Numbered from the stretch's first letter, positions 49,310 to 62,404 are shown. The stretch is 63,417 nucleotides of DNA from Chiloscyllium plagiosum (GCF_004010195.1 NC_057719.1:16760115-16823531), one strand, 5' to 3'. Notes: generated by a model from the letters alone, not told the origin. Made by a program: numbers and translations.

Positions 49310-50222
49310 ATGTGAGTATAGGACATATGGTTAGTATGTTTGCAGATGACACCAAAACTCATGGTGTGGAAGACAGCAAAGAAGGTTACCTCAGAGTACA
49401 ACAAGCTCTTGATCAGATGGGCCAATGGCCGAGGTGTGTCAGATGGAGTTTAATTCAGAAAAATGTGAGGTGCTGCATTTTGGAAAGCCAAATCAGGGTA
49501 GGAATTATACATTCAATAGTAAGGCCATGGAGAGTGGTTGTTAAATAGAAAGATCTTGGGTGCAGGCTCACAGTTCCTTGAAAGTGGAATCCCAGGTAGA
49601 CAGAGTTTAGTACTTTTGCTTTTATTGGTCAGTACATTGACTATAGGAGTTGGGAGATCATGTTGGGCTATACAACACATTAGTCAGGCCACTTTTGGAA
49701 TATTGTGTTCAAATCTGGTCTCCCTGCCAAAGGAAAAGCATTGTGAAACTTGAAAGGTTTATAAAAGTTTTACAAGGATGTTGCCAGGATTGGGGAGTTT
49801 GAGCTATAGGGAGAAGCTGAAGAGGCTGGGGCAGTTTTCCCTGGAGCATTAGAGGCTGAGAAGTTTATAGAAACCTTATAGAAATTTATAAAATCATGAG
49901 GGGCATGGATAGGGTAAATAGACAAGGTCTTTTCTGTGTGGTGAGGGAATCAAAAACTGGAGGGCATAGTTTTAAGATGAGAGAGGAAAGACTTAAAAGG
50001 ACCGAAGGCGAAAATGTTTTCACGCAGAGGGTGGTGCATGCATGGATTGAGCAGCCAGAGGAAGTGGTGGAGGCTGGTACAATTAGAGCATTTAAAGGGT
50101 ATGTGGATGGGTATATGGAAAGAAAGGGTTCAGAGGGATATGGGCCACCTGCTAGCAAATGAGATGAGATCAGCATGGGTGAGTGACTGTTTCAATGCTG
50201 TGTACATCACTTTGATTCTGTG
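49310..50222 (+). mobile_element. CR1 LINE 3' portion
   Basis: FADDTK and FTQRVVHAW...PEEVVEAG motifs. Confidence 0.88.
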
Positions 50223-50775
50223 ACATTAACACATGACATCTCTTCTGACATATTTCTGTTTACAAAGGAAAGGCTTATTTTGCTGCCAATATTGTGTAAG
50301 GTTTACTTACACTCTGGAATTGATCCATATTGAAGCTTATATCTTTCCTGTTTTATCTTTTGTTTATCTGTTGACTGAAAGCACACAGGACTTTCACTGG
50401 TACTTAGAACAATGTATGGAACTTTGAACATTCAAGTGAACTGGGAAACATAATTACTGATGAGAACATTCCTCTTGCATTCTGATAAAAGTTAAATTTC
50501 TTTCTCTCTTGAGCAGCCAGTAATCGGGCAGATCATCATTGTTACAATATCTCTCTTACAATGTGCTGTATAAATTACAGTTGGAAATATTTGTAATCAA
50601 AACACTAAAAGTGTAGCTGGAAAATGCTGGTAACAGTTTGCAAAAGGATTTCAATTAGACCTTTAATATGAAAAATATAAATATTTTGAAAGAATGAGAA
50701 ACCTATATATGCAATTGTAACATTTTGGCAAATGTTTTATATATGTAACTTTTATTTGAGTAGATTATTTGCTTT

Positions 50776-50875
50776 GTGGCACAGTGGTGCCCTCTCTGCC
50801 CCTGGATAGGAGGCCTGGGTTCAAGTTCCACCTTTCTCCAGACACGTCTAATAACATCTCTGAACATGGATGATT
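50776..50875 (+). mobile_element. tRNA-derived SINE head (second family)
   Basis: TGGCACAGTGG (box A) and GGTTCAAGTTCC (box B); related copies on the minus strand at 29640-29705 and 52085-52160. Confidence 0.6.
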
Positions 50876-51644
50876 AAGAGAAACAAAATAAAAATAAACT
50901 CCTTTAGATTAGCTAGCACGTTATCCAAATGTTCAGTACAGTTGTGATGGGATGAAATAGATAGGAACCGATATTGATGAAATTCTGAAATTAAGCAAAA
51001 TAAAGCTATAAATGCACGCCATCAGTAAAGAAATAAGACAGGGTCCGATGGTTCAAATATGCAATTAACTCAAGTTGTTTATAGCCTTTACTGCTCTGAT
51101 TGTGATGAAGCAAGCAAGATCAACCGTAGAGAAATAAACTTGTTGAGTAAGTGTCATGAGCTTAAATTTGCAATGAATTCTTGTCATGCTCCTTTGCTCA
51201 ACAATTAGAAGGACCTAATCTTATTGTACAATGTGGTGTATGGGACAATCTTTTTGTGCCATGTTTGGTGGCAAATGCATTTTTGGGCTTATGCTTGGCA
51301 TTACCTCCTTCCCATCTTTCAGCTAATAAATACATCTTTCGATTTATATTTGCATCTCTCATAAGGTTCAATTTTGCAGCTCTTAAAATATATGTGTATA
51401 TGTTTATATAACTACATTATAAGTTGCTGCATGGGATCTAAAGGTAATAGGAGTTTTGCCAAGATGATGTGCAGAAATGTAATACATGTCCACACACAGC
51501 AGATCATGGTGACAAAGAAATGGGTGCCCCAGCAAAATGAATGAAATTTGAACTGGTTTGAAGTCAGAAGTTGTAGCATTTGCCAACTCCTCAAATAACT
51601 ATACTGCAATTAGGCGTTAATGAGAAACTGGTGAAAATGGAAGA

Positions 51645-51932
51645 GGGGCGGCTCAGTGGTTAGCACTGCTGCCTCACAGCACCAGGATCCCAGGTTCAAT
51701 TCCAGCCTCAGGCGACTGTGCAAATTCCACACAGACATTCTCTCCGTGTCTGCGTGGGTTTCCTTCCACAGTGCAAAGATGTGCAGGTTAGTTGGATTGC
51801 CATGCTAAATTGCCCATAGTGTTAGGTCATTAGTCAGAGGGAAATGGGCCTGGGTGTGTTACTCTTTGGAGGGTCGGTGTGGACTGGTTGGGCCGAAGGG
51901 CCTGTTTCCGCACTGTAGGGAATCTAATCTAA
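51645..51932 (+). mobile_element. HE1/V-SINE-like SINE
   Basis: Head GGCTCAGTGGTTAGCACTGCTGCCTCACAGC; tail AATCTAATCTAA. Confidence 0.88.
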
Positions 51933-52235
51933 AATCAGCCTTGAAGAAGATGTCCAAGACCAAATCTTCCATTAGAATATGGACAAGAAACATGCTTGAC
52001 CTTTGAGAAACATGCATCAGAATGAATGCTTAAAAACTTTTAGAATGGTTACAATGCAGTGTGTGTTTTTTTTATATAAACAAACCTGTTCACAGTTGCT
52101 ATCATACATCTCTGGAGCAGGTGGGACTTAAACCCAGGCCTGTTGGTCTGGGGTAGAGACATGTATAATATATATATTAAACTGTGTTCAAATCAGCAAA
52201 ATCAACAGAACTTGTAAATATCGAAAACAGCTTGC

Positions 52236-52317
52236 TGGCAGCAGTGGGATTCAAAGCCACGCCTCTGAGGAGACTGTAGTCTAAATTTAGCACCTCAGAC
52301 CACTCAACCATGCTACT
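52236..52317 (-). pseudogene. tRNA-Leu(UAG) pseudogene
   Basis: Minus strand AGTAGCATGGTTGAGTGGTCTGAGGTGCTAAATTTAGACTACAGTCTCCTCAGAGGCGTGGCTTTGAATCCCACTGCTGCCA aligns without gaps to vertebrate tRNA-Leu-TAG (82 nt, long variable arm); box B and stems are broken. Confidence 0.88.
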
Positions 52318-53005
52318 GATACGGCCACTTTAAGTGGGCCAAATCAAATTCTGAGTCCAGCACAAATTTCAGTCCAATGTCACTAGAAAACATAATGTGG
52401 TAGTAGAAGATCAAGATCACTCGGAGGCTACCAAAAGACCTCAGCGCCAAAATTATCAGTTGGCAGTGATTTTTCATTAGAATATGCATATACATTATGT
52501 CAAATTCACAACATGGATGAAATGTCTACAAACGTAAGTACACCCAGTACCTAAACATTCAAATCATAAAGAAACTTACTTGTTGTGGAGGTATGACCTT
52601 GAACCAAAAAACACCACATCCGATACAAAATGGGATCCTTGTGATGATACCAAAACCGAAGGGACTAGATGAATTTGAGAGAACCTATGACAGTGAATTT
52701 GATGTTTTTTTTTAAAACTTCATTATGATTATGGTTTAAAGCTATCCTAGCAGAATTATTTTGTTTAAATGCAACAAACAGATTGATTTTTAATTTGAAG
52801 TTGATTTTTAGTTCATATTTTTATGCTTCGGTACAAGTCAACCCCTGTTTATGGAAGGATTTTTCAAAGCTTCAAAGGTTGACTTGTATGGTGCAATCTG
52901 TTGTATTTCTCAGTTGTGTTTCCTGGATGGGTTTGTTGACCTTTTTCTATAAAACATCAATTATTACCACGTTTGGACAAACTGCTAACTGTTGTATATA
53001 ATATG

Positions 53006-53230
53006 GGAGAAAGTGAGGGCTGCAGATTCTGGAGATCAGAGACGAGAGTGTTGTGCTGGAAAAGCACAGCCAGTCAGACAGCATCTGAGGAGCAGGAGAA
53101 TGGAGGTTTTGAGCATAAACGTTTCATCAGAAATCAGTTTCCTAATGAAGAGCTGATGCTCAAACATCAATTCTCCTGCTCCACGGATGCTGTGTGTGCT
53201 GTGTGCTTTTGCAGCACCACACTCTCGACT
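53006..53230. mobile_element. Penelope-related fold-back element (17140 family) with 17-bp TSD
   Basis: Inverted arms; TSD CTGTTGTATATAATATG (52989-53005) / CTGTTGTATATTATATG (53231-53247). Confidence 0.85.
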
Positions 53231-54544
53231 CTGTTGTATATTATATGTTGATAAAATAGGATTCATTTTCAGAAAGAGAAGCTTGAGGAATAAAATTTGA
53301 CCAGTAAGTGTTAAGCTGGATCTTTGCAAATTGTGAGATACTGTGTGTTTCGTGGTAAGTTGTGTAAAACTATCTTTTTGTGGAGGCAATAATTGCTTCA
53401 ACAAATTCCAGAACTGTCTTGAGTTTATTTAACAATAATGTTAAGTTTGTATCAGCATTTGGGTTCTGAAAGAAAGTTGATACCCATTTGCTTGGATATA
53501 CCTGATCAGAACTTGCCTAGCTGCTGGAACGTGACATATAGCAGGCTGCTGTTTGGAGTTGAAGCACTACCTTATTCAGTATCTAAAAAATACACTTTTA
53601 AAACTTGTACATTTCTGTCAGAAACCTATTATTGGGATGAGGCATATCTTGTCAAATGACTTGACTGGCATTGACTTGAAATTATATGGCAAGGGAGTAA
53701 ACATTTGGTTGTACACTTCATTACATTGTTTTACTGATTTCCTATTTATTTTAGCTTTCTGCTCTGTTGTGTCCATGGTATTAATCTGCAACTGTTTTCA
53801 CAGTCTCCACCTGTTAACATCTTTAATCTGGTGTCTAGAAATTCTATTGTAATCTCCCTTTTGCTTATGACAATACCTTCTGTAGATGGTCACTTTGTTC
53901 TTTGCAGCATGTATATGAAGAATCGTTTATTGCCAAGCTTTCAATGATTTTCAGCATTAAGGCTCTTGATGATCTATTTCTTTAGTAACTTGGTCTTCCA
54001 TTTTTGCATCATCCTTCCTCTCCTTTTCGCCCCAACTAATGTCAGAGGGCTTTCGAGCTGTTTAATTAGAAGGCAGTGAGAAATTATGAAATAAGAGTTG
54101 ACATAAATAGTGAATCCCCTGCCCAGAAGTTGGTTCTGTTCATACCATAACTGTTGCCAATACCACAATGAAATCAGAGCCAGAAGTAGTGCAGTCTTTG
54201 CTGCTATCTTTCTCTCACTGTCCCACTGGTCGCCCAACTGACTGCCTCTCTCTCAGCCACTGAACACTTTCCATGTTGCTGGCACACCTCTTGACACTGG
54301 CATCTGAGGGTATCTCCTGCAGTTGCTGTGCCAGTAAATCCAGCCAACATAAAAAGGAATTCAAAAGTTTTCTACCAGCATATGAAGGGTAAGCCGGTAC
54401 TAAGAGGTGGAGTCAGACCGAGAGAATGATATGAACTTAGAAGCACAGGGTGAGGTTATAATACCTGATGAGCACTTCCTGTCCTTGTTTACCAAGAAAG
54501 AGGATGCTGATAAAATGTTTTTGATTCTGGCAGATTTAGATTGC

Positions 54545-55605
54545 TTGATTTGATTTATTGTCATGTGTACCCAAGTACAGTGAAAAGCTTTGTTTGCGAG
54601 CAGTTCAGGCAGTTCCTAGTAAGCAAGGACATACAGATCATAGGGTGAAAAGACTTGGACAAAGTAAGGCATAGAGGTTACACTGCACAGCACATGCACA
54701 AAGCAAGATCAACATTAACAAGATCAATATTATTTGGAGTTAGAGGGTACAGGTAAGAAATTCTTCTTGAATCTACTAGTGCATGTGTTCAAGCTTCTGC
54801 ATCTTTTCTCCCTGACAGGACAGGTTATAGGAGAGCATTACTGAGATGAGGTGAGTCTTTGATAATGTTGGCAGCCTTTCTGTGACGAGACATGTAAGTG
54901 GAGTCCATGGATGGGTGGTTGGCTTCCATGATGGTCTGGGCTGTGCACACCAACTTCTGTAGTTTCATACAGTCCTGGACAGAACAGTTGCCATCCTAGG
55001 CTGTTATGCACCTAGACAGTTTGCTTTCTATGGTGCATCTGTGAAAGTCGGTGAGGGTCCTATGGCCATGCTAAATTTCCTGAGCCACCTGAGGAAGAAG
55101 AGGCTTCTTGTTGTGCTGCCTTGTCTGTCACACCTCTGAAAATCCAGGATAGTTTGTCAGTTATCATCACTCCTAGGAACTTAACGCTCTTAACCTCCGC
55201 TCTGTTGATGTTAATGGGGGCGTGTACTCTTCCTTTCTTTTTGAAGGCAATAATCAGTTCTTTTGTTTTGCTGACATTGAGAGAGAGGTTGTTATCATTG
55301 CACCACATCACTGAGCCCTCTCTCTCCTTTCTGTATTCTGACTCATGGTTGTTTGATATCCGTCCTACCAGGTGGTGTCGTCAGCAAACTTGTAGATGGC
55401 ATTCATTTAGAATTTGGTTACACAGTCATGGGTGTACAGGGAGTACAGTAGGGGACTGAGAACACATCCTTGGGGAGGCTCCAGTATTTAGCGTTACCTG
55501 CAGTTGTCTATTTTTACTGACTGCGGTCTATGGGTCAGGAAGCCGAGGATCCAGTTGCAAAGGGTGGATCTGAGACCTGGGTCTTGAAGTTTTGAGATCA
55601 GGTCT
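54545..55605 (-). mobile_element. Rex1/Babar-type non-LTR retrotransposon 3' portion
   Basis: Translates as KL.D.GL..TLCNWIL.FLT.RPQSVKI and WCNDNNLSLNVSKTKELII...VKFLGV.I...LSW. Confidence 0.8.
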
Positions 55606-56091
55606 GACGTCAGGCATGGCTGCCCATTCTTTCCTGCCTTGGTTTTGTATTGTACAGAGCCTTTTGCTGAGTCCATCAGGCAGGATGCAAGCCTGAGAGG
55701 GATGACTCTTGCAGGCAACGGAAGCCTGCTGGTCCAAGCCTCCCTCTACACTGTTGATATCGCTGTTTTCTGCTCAGATCCATTGTCAGTGTACAGATTC
55801 ATGAACATCTGCGACCAGTTTGAATTTGCCTTGGGAGCTAAGGTAAATTGAGGTAAGAGAAAGGCCATGTTCTTTGGGAACTCAGTCGACCGATCCTTTA
55901 ACCCCCCTTTGCCGTCAGGCCAGATTACTTGAAAGTCCTGCGAAAATTATTCTGAAGAGCCAGAGTGTGTGCCAAAACTTGGGAGGAGTATATTGCCAAG
56001 GTGAGGCAGAAACTGGGCTTTTGGAAGCACCACACTCTCTCTCCGCTGTAGGTAAAAATCTGGTCATTAGGTGTGAGGTACTTTCTCTGTT

Positions 56092-57230
56092 AGAACATAG
56101 AACATTATAGCGCAGGACAGGCCCTTCGGCCCTCGATGTTGCGCCGCCCTGTCATACTAATCTGAAGCCCATCCCACCTACACTATTCCATGTATGTCCA
56201 TATGCCTGTCCAATGACGATTTAAATGCACTTAAACTTGACGAATCTACTAGCGTTGTAGGCAAAGCATTCCATACCCTTACTACTCTCTGAGTAAAGAA
56301 ACTACCTCTGACATCTGTCTTATACCTATCTCCCCTCATTTTAAAGTTGTGTCCTCTCGTGTTTGCCGTTCCATACTTGGAAAAAGGCTCACCCTGTCCA
56401 CCCTATCTAACCCTCTGATTATCTTGTATATCTCTATTAAGTCACCTCTCAACCTTCTTCTCTCTAACGAGAACAGCCTCAATGCCCTCCGCCTTTCCTC
56501 GTAAGTCATTCCTTCCATACCAGGCAACATCTCCTCTGCACTCTTTCCAAAGCTTCCACATCCTTCTTATAATGCGGTGACCAGAACTGTACACAATACT
56601 CTAAGTGTGGCCGTACCAGAGCTTTGTACAGCTGCAGCATAACCTCCTGGTTCCGGAACTCAATCCCTCTATTAATAAAGGCCAAAACACTGTATGCCTT
56701 CTTAACAACCCTGTCAATCTGGGTGGCAACTTTCAGGGATCTGTGTACATGGACACTGAGATCTCTCTGCTCATCTGCACTCCCAAGAGTCTTAGCATTA
56801 GCCCAGTACTTTGCATTCCGATTATTCCGTCCAAAGTGTATCCCTCTCACTTGTCCACATTAAACTCCATTTGCCTCCTCTCAGCCGAGCTCTGCATCCT
56901 ATCTGTGTTTCTCTGCAACCTACTACATCCTTTGTCACTATCCACAACTCCACCGACCTTATTGTCATCCGCAAATTTACTAACCTACCCTTCTAAGCCC
57001 TCATCCAGATCATTTATAAAAATGACGAACAGCAGTGGACCCAATACCGACCCTTGTGGTACACCACTAGTAACTGGACACCAAGATGAACATGTTCCAT
57101 CAACTACAACCCTCTATTTTCTTTCAGCAAGCCAATTATTGATCCAAACTGCAATGTCTCCCACAATCCCATTACTCTGCATTTTGTATAATAGCCTACT
57201 GTGGGGAACCTTATCGAACACCTTGCTGAA
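56092..57230 (-). mobile_element. CR1 LINE, 5'-truncated, fairly young
   Basis: Translates as [36 protein letters not shown]; tail (GTTCTAT)n. Confidence 0.92.
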
Positions 57231-57957
57231 CATGGTGCAGTTATGGCCCATTATTAGAACTTGCACCATTGCAGTCACAATCCAAAAATGTGTAGGTTAG
57301 ATGAATTGGCCATGCTAAATTGCCTGTGGTGTTAGGTGCGTTAGTCACGGGTAAATATAAGGTATATAGGGAATGGGTCTGGATGAGTTACTCTTCGGAG
57401 GGTCAGTGTGGACTTGTTGGGCTGAAGGACCTGTTTCCATACTGTAGGGAATCTAATTTAATCTAATCAAATCTAATTTGGAGGTCTAAGATGGACCATG
57501 TCTCACGTGTGCAAAGCTCTTGATAAGCAGGGGGAAGAATGTACCCTATGCTGCACTCATCCTGATGGTCACCATTGTGTGCGGCCGCATCAAGCTGCAT
57601 GTAAACCCTCAGTACACAAACACCGTGCCACTAAGTACTGAGGTTCTAACTGTACCCAGTGTTGAGAAGGATGGGACTGGCCTCTGCCCCTCAGAACACT
57701 CCAAGTAACCAAACAGTTCTGTATTGCCTATCCTTCGTGAAGAAATTTGCAAAGAAAAACACCTTTGACCACAAGTCCGTCAGGAAGTGGTCAGCATGTA
57801 GCATCCTCGAGACCCTGCGGGATAAGGAGAGAGTGGATACCTTCTGGTTGTTCCCTTAGCAGATTGTCAAAATCAAAGAATGCCGCATCACCTGAATCTT
57901 CCAAAAAGCACCAAGATATTGCTTGGCTAGTGGTGAGAAGGGCACGACCTAAATTTA

Positions 57958-58280
57958 GGGCAGCACGGTGGCACAGTGGTTAGCACTGCTGCCTCACAGC
58001 GCCAGAGACCCGAGTTCAATTCCTGCCTCGGGCAACTGTCTGTGTGGAGTTTGCACATTCTCCCCATGTCTGTGTGGGTTTCCTCCGGGTGCTCCGGTTT
58101 CCTCCCACAGTCCAAACATGTGCAGGTTAGGTGAATTGGCCATGCTAAATTGCCCCCCGTAGTGTTAGGTGAAGGGGTAAATGTAGGGGAATGGGTTTGG
58201 GTGGGTTGCTCCCTGAAGGGTCAGTGTGGACTTGTTGGGCCGAAGGGCCTGTTTCCACACTGTAAGTAATCTAATCTAAT
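57958..58280 (+). mobile_element. HE1/V-SINE-like SINE, full length, with 9-bp TSD
   Basis: Box A and box B present; tail (AATCT)n; TSD CTAAATTTA at 57949-57957 and 58281-58289. Confidence 0.9.
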
Positions 58281-58289
58281 CTAAATTTA

Positions 58290-59030
58290 TAGAGTCATAG
58301 AGCTGTACAGCATGGAAACAGACCCTTTGGTCCAACCGAATTTACTAAATAAATCTAGTCCCATTTAGCAGCATTTGGCCCATATCCCTCTTAAATTCTT
58401 CCTATTCATAAACCTATTCAGATGCTTATTAAATGTTGTAATTGTACCAGCCTCCATCAGTTCATCTGGCAGCTCATTCCATACACGCACCACCCTCTGC
58501 ATGAAAAAGTTGTCCTTTAGATCCCTTTTTCAATCTTTCCCTTCTCACGTTAAACCTATGCTCTCTAGTTTTGGACGCCCCCACCCCAGGGAAAAGGCCT
58601 TGTCTGTTTACCCTATCCATGCCCCTCATGATTCTATAAACCTTTGAGGTTACCCCTCAGTCTCCGACGCTCCAGTGAAAATAGCCCCATCCTATTCAGC
58701 CTGTCCCGATAGCTAAAACCCTTCAACCCTGAAGACTTCCTTCTAAATCTTTCCTGAACCCTTTCAAGTTTCACAACATCCTTCCTATAGCAGGGAGACC
58801 AGAATTGCACACAGTATTCCAATAGACTGTCTTGCAGAGATGCAACATTTTTTATTTCTATTTTCAATGCACTGATCAATAAAGACAAGCATATTAAATG
58901 CCTCCTTCACTATCCTGTCTACTGCGACTCTACTTTCACAGAACTGTGAACCTGCACTCCAAGGTCTCTTGCTCAGCAACCACTCTCCAAGGCCTTACTA
59001 TTAAGTGGAGAAGTCCTGCCCTGATTTGCC
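58290..59030 (-). mobile_element. CR1 (HER1-like) LINE 3' portion
   Basis: Translates as LEYCVQFWSPCYRKDVVKLERVQ...LFSLERRRLRG. Confidence 0.9.
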
Positions 59031-61785
59031 TATGAGGTTTTACGTCCTGACTCTCTGCAGCACTCGAAGCAGCTATGGGGTGAGAGACTGTCACACATCT
59101 TTTGCTAGAACGTGCCTACACAAAGGACGTCTGGAGAGAGATGCAGTCAAGGTTTGTCCCAAGCAACACCGTGATGTAGGACTCTGCTATTCCTCTTGAC
59201 GCGCATTGAGACAAACATTGACTGCGTCTGGAGGGCCATCAATTCATGAAAGATGCCCTTTGACTTGCCCGAAACTCGTTGGTATTCCAGAACAACCAAG
59301 TTGAACTTGACTGAGTATTGCAGACTGGCAGATTCCAAGAACCAGGACTATGTCCTGAGGGATGCACAAAAGCTTGGTGCAGCTTCCACCAAGGTGCAGT
59401 GGGGAAAAACCACCATCTAAGGTCTTTTTGCCAAAGTAACCTGGGGGTCCATTCAGTTATTGGGCCCTCTTGGTGCCTCAAATTTATGTAAATCTAATCT
59501 TGTGTAAGTAAGAAATGCCTTGGGTTTGTTTTGGTCTCCATATATGTAGACTGTACAGAATTGAACTGCTGTAGTGATTATGTATATAAAGACTTTTTAT
59601 GAATAAAGTACATTTTTTAAATAACAAAATATGACCCGTACAACATTCATTGTCACTGAATAATCTATGATTAGTAACATTCACATTTAATTAAGTTCCA
59701 GATAATGACCATCTGAGCAATGAGAATGTCTCACCCCTTCTCCTTGATATTTAACGGCATTATTATTAGATTTCCATTATCATAAGGGTTGCCAATATCC
59801 AGAAATTTGACTGGATCAGCCGCATAAACACTTTGATTCCAAGAACTGACAGGAGCTTAGATTATCTTGACGTAAGTGATTCACTCCCTCACTCCTCAAC
59901 CAACCACAAGGTGCAGGTCAGCAATGTGAAGAAATACCTTCCACTTACCTGGATGAGCACAGCTTTGACACCATTCCAGAAGCTCCACATCATGCAGGGT
60001 GAAGCACCTGATCTATCAACCATCTAAAATGTTCACTCCCTACATTTCCACTGAGAGTGGTGGGTGCTTGGAATGCTTTGCCAGCGGAGGCGATAGGGGC
60101 AGGCATGATATCATCATTTAAGATGTATCTAGACAGATACACGAATGGGCAGGGAACAGAAGGATATAGATCCTTAAAAAGTAGGATCAGCGCAGGTTTG
60201 GAAGGACCTATCTCTGTGTTGCAATTTTCTTTGTTTTTTTGCTCCAAAGCACTGGCAATAATCTGACCCACAAACTGGAAACTCACCAAAAATGTTTCAC
60301 TCGCACCCTTGAAACCCATGGCTTTGTCCCGAGAAAGCAAAGGCAAGACGTTAATGGGAAAAGTAACACCTACAAAATGCACGCCAAAGTGGCACACTAA
60401 CCTGACTAAGAAATGTATTGGGTTTTTTTAATCATTGGGTAAAAATTCTGGAAATCCTTCACTGACCTTATTGTGGGGAGTATCTTCACAAAAAGGAATT
60501 GCTGTGCTTCAAGAAGTCCTGTCACCACCATCTTCTCAAGGTCTGTTAGAATAAGGGACAAATGCTGACCATGCCAGTGATACCAACATTCTGTGAATGA
60601 ATTTAAACAAAGTTTGCCTTTTTGCTGGTTTTTCTTTCTTACTATTACAATTTTGTCTTGAAACATTTACTTATTTAAAAAAAACCTAGTAAGAGTTCCA
60701 TCTCGTTACTGCTTTCAAGATTGAATAGTCCAGCCTTTGAATGTAATGCAGACCTCTGTCACATCAAAGGAGCTTTTGGTTTTTTTTGTCTATATTCCAC
60801 ATTAAGAGTAAGGGTGTCATTCTCATCTTCAGTGACTAAAATCAGTGCTTAGTGCATAATCTGATGAAAACATTGCACAGTCTTAACAGTACCTCCTCTG
60901 GACTGTGCTCCACAGTTTTGGCTACATAGACGTACATTATGTTGGTTTGATGTTGCTGCTGTGTAACTGCTGGACATTTTAAGTTCTGTGGCTAGTCATC
61001 TCCTTAAACCACTTTTTTTTTAAGATTTACTTCGAGCTATTCATAAGTTCCATCTGTCACTCAATTATTCTTTCTCTGTTAATATTTCAGTTACTCTTAC
61101 TGAATTTCATTTCTCATAACTTGGTCCAGTTACATTTTGGCTGCTTTACTTTGGTAGGTTTTTGACCATTCTTGCCTCCAGTTTTTAATAATTTCAAAAT
61201 TACGCCAGTTTGCATCAAGCGATGAAGCCAGGTTGTTCATGTAAATTATAAGGAATACTGAAATAGATTTCTCTTGAGCCACTATTCTATTGTTCACCTT
61301 TTGGGTCTCCATCCCATTTCTCCTTGCAGGATTTGTGGTTGTATCTTACTCCCTTTAATGCAATTATGGTCGTGCTCATTTAACATTTACCTTCTATGAA
61401 TCCCTGCACATCGATCCCTTGCTCTGGAAGGCTAACATAATTTTTATATTCTTTCATTTATTACTTTGGTAGAAAGGCTTCTGGTAATAAATTACAACCG
61501 TGACCTTTCACCAGAATAATTAATAGTTTAATTTTTGAAGACTGTTGAATACTGACTGACTGCTTAACTTTGAGGTGAATTTTCAGCTTTAAGCTGCAGG
61601 TCTTCTTACACATTTATGGATTTACACAATAAGATAGACATAGTGCAACAGTAAGATGTTTGAAGCCTAACTTTCCTAAAAAAAAAGTATTGTAATAATT
61701 GACGGGATAACTGTGGCATACCATGACCTTTTCAGAGATTTATTTAATGTGAGATGTTTGTGCTGCTTTATTTTACAACAGAACA

Positions 61786-61888
61786 ATGGGCAAGAAAAGT
61801 AGAGTCAAAACACAGAAATCAGGAGGTGGAGCGACAGCAACAGTTTCTACGAAAGAAATAATGAACCTGATAACAGAATTGCTGCAAA
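61786..61888 (+). CDS. SETD3: SETD3 (actin-histidine N-methyltransferase) first coding exon; gene continues beyond the window
   Basis: TTTTACAACAG|AACA ATG; encodes MGKKSRVKTQKSGGGATATVSTKEIMNLITELLQ(K), then A|GTAAGT; matches the vertebrate SETD3 N-terminus. Missed by the ORF track. Confidence 0.96.
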
Positions 61889-62404
61889 GTAAGTATTCTT
61901 TGAATTGAATTAGAAATCTTGTAGTACAATATAATTTTAAGTTGTCATCATAGGTAGTTTTAATTTATCCCTAGGAGAAAAAAAAAGTTTAACAGTTTGC
62001 TTTGCACCTTGCCTGAGGTGTGACAATAGACTGCCTGTTCACTTTAACCTATTTTTCATCTGTACATAAAAGTTAGTTTCTCATGAGTTTGATTGTATTC
62101 AGGTGTAGGAAAATTGTTTGGAGATTCAGAATCATTTGACAAATGTAATCTTTTTGAAAAGCTGTGCCGCTAAGTTAATTTTCATAAATCAAAGAAAATT
62201 GTTGATTGAATTTCTGAGTACCAAATCTGGAAATGTATATTTGTACATTGAAGACGTGGATTTAAATAAAGGAAGTGAGGTAATGTCTTGGGTCAAGGAA
62301 ACCTAAAGCAGGCCACCAAAGATCAGATCCAGCAAGAAATAAGTTATTGAAGCCAAAAAAGATCTAAGATTAAAGGATGAACAGAATAATTTGCCTCTGT
62401 CCGA

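Larger units (their letters stand above)
55606..59460 (+). mobile_element. Tx1/L1-like non-LTR retrotransposon fragments (55606-56090, ~57480-57945, ~59030-59460) split by insertions
   Basis: RHGCP...EPFAESIR...ASLY.VD...FEFALGAKVN and KHQDIAWLVVRRA resemble Tx1-clade ORF2. Confidence 0.65.
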
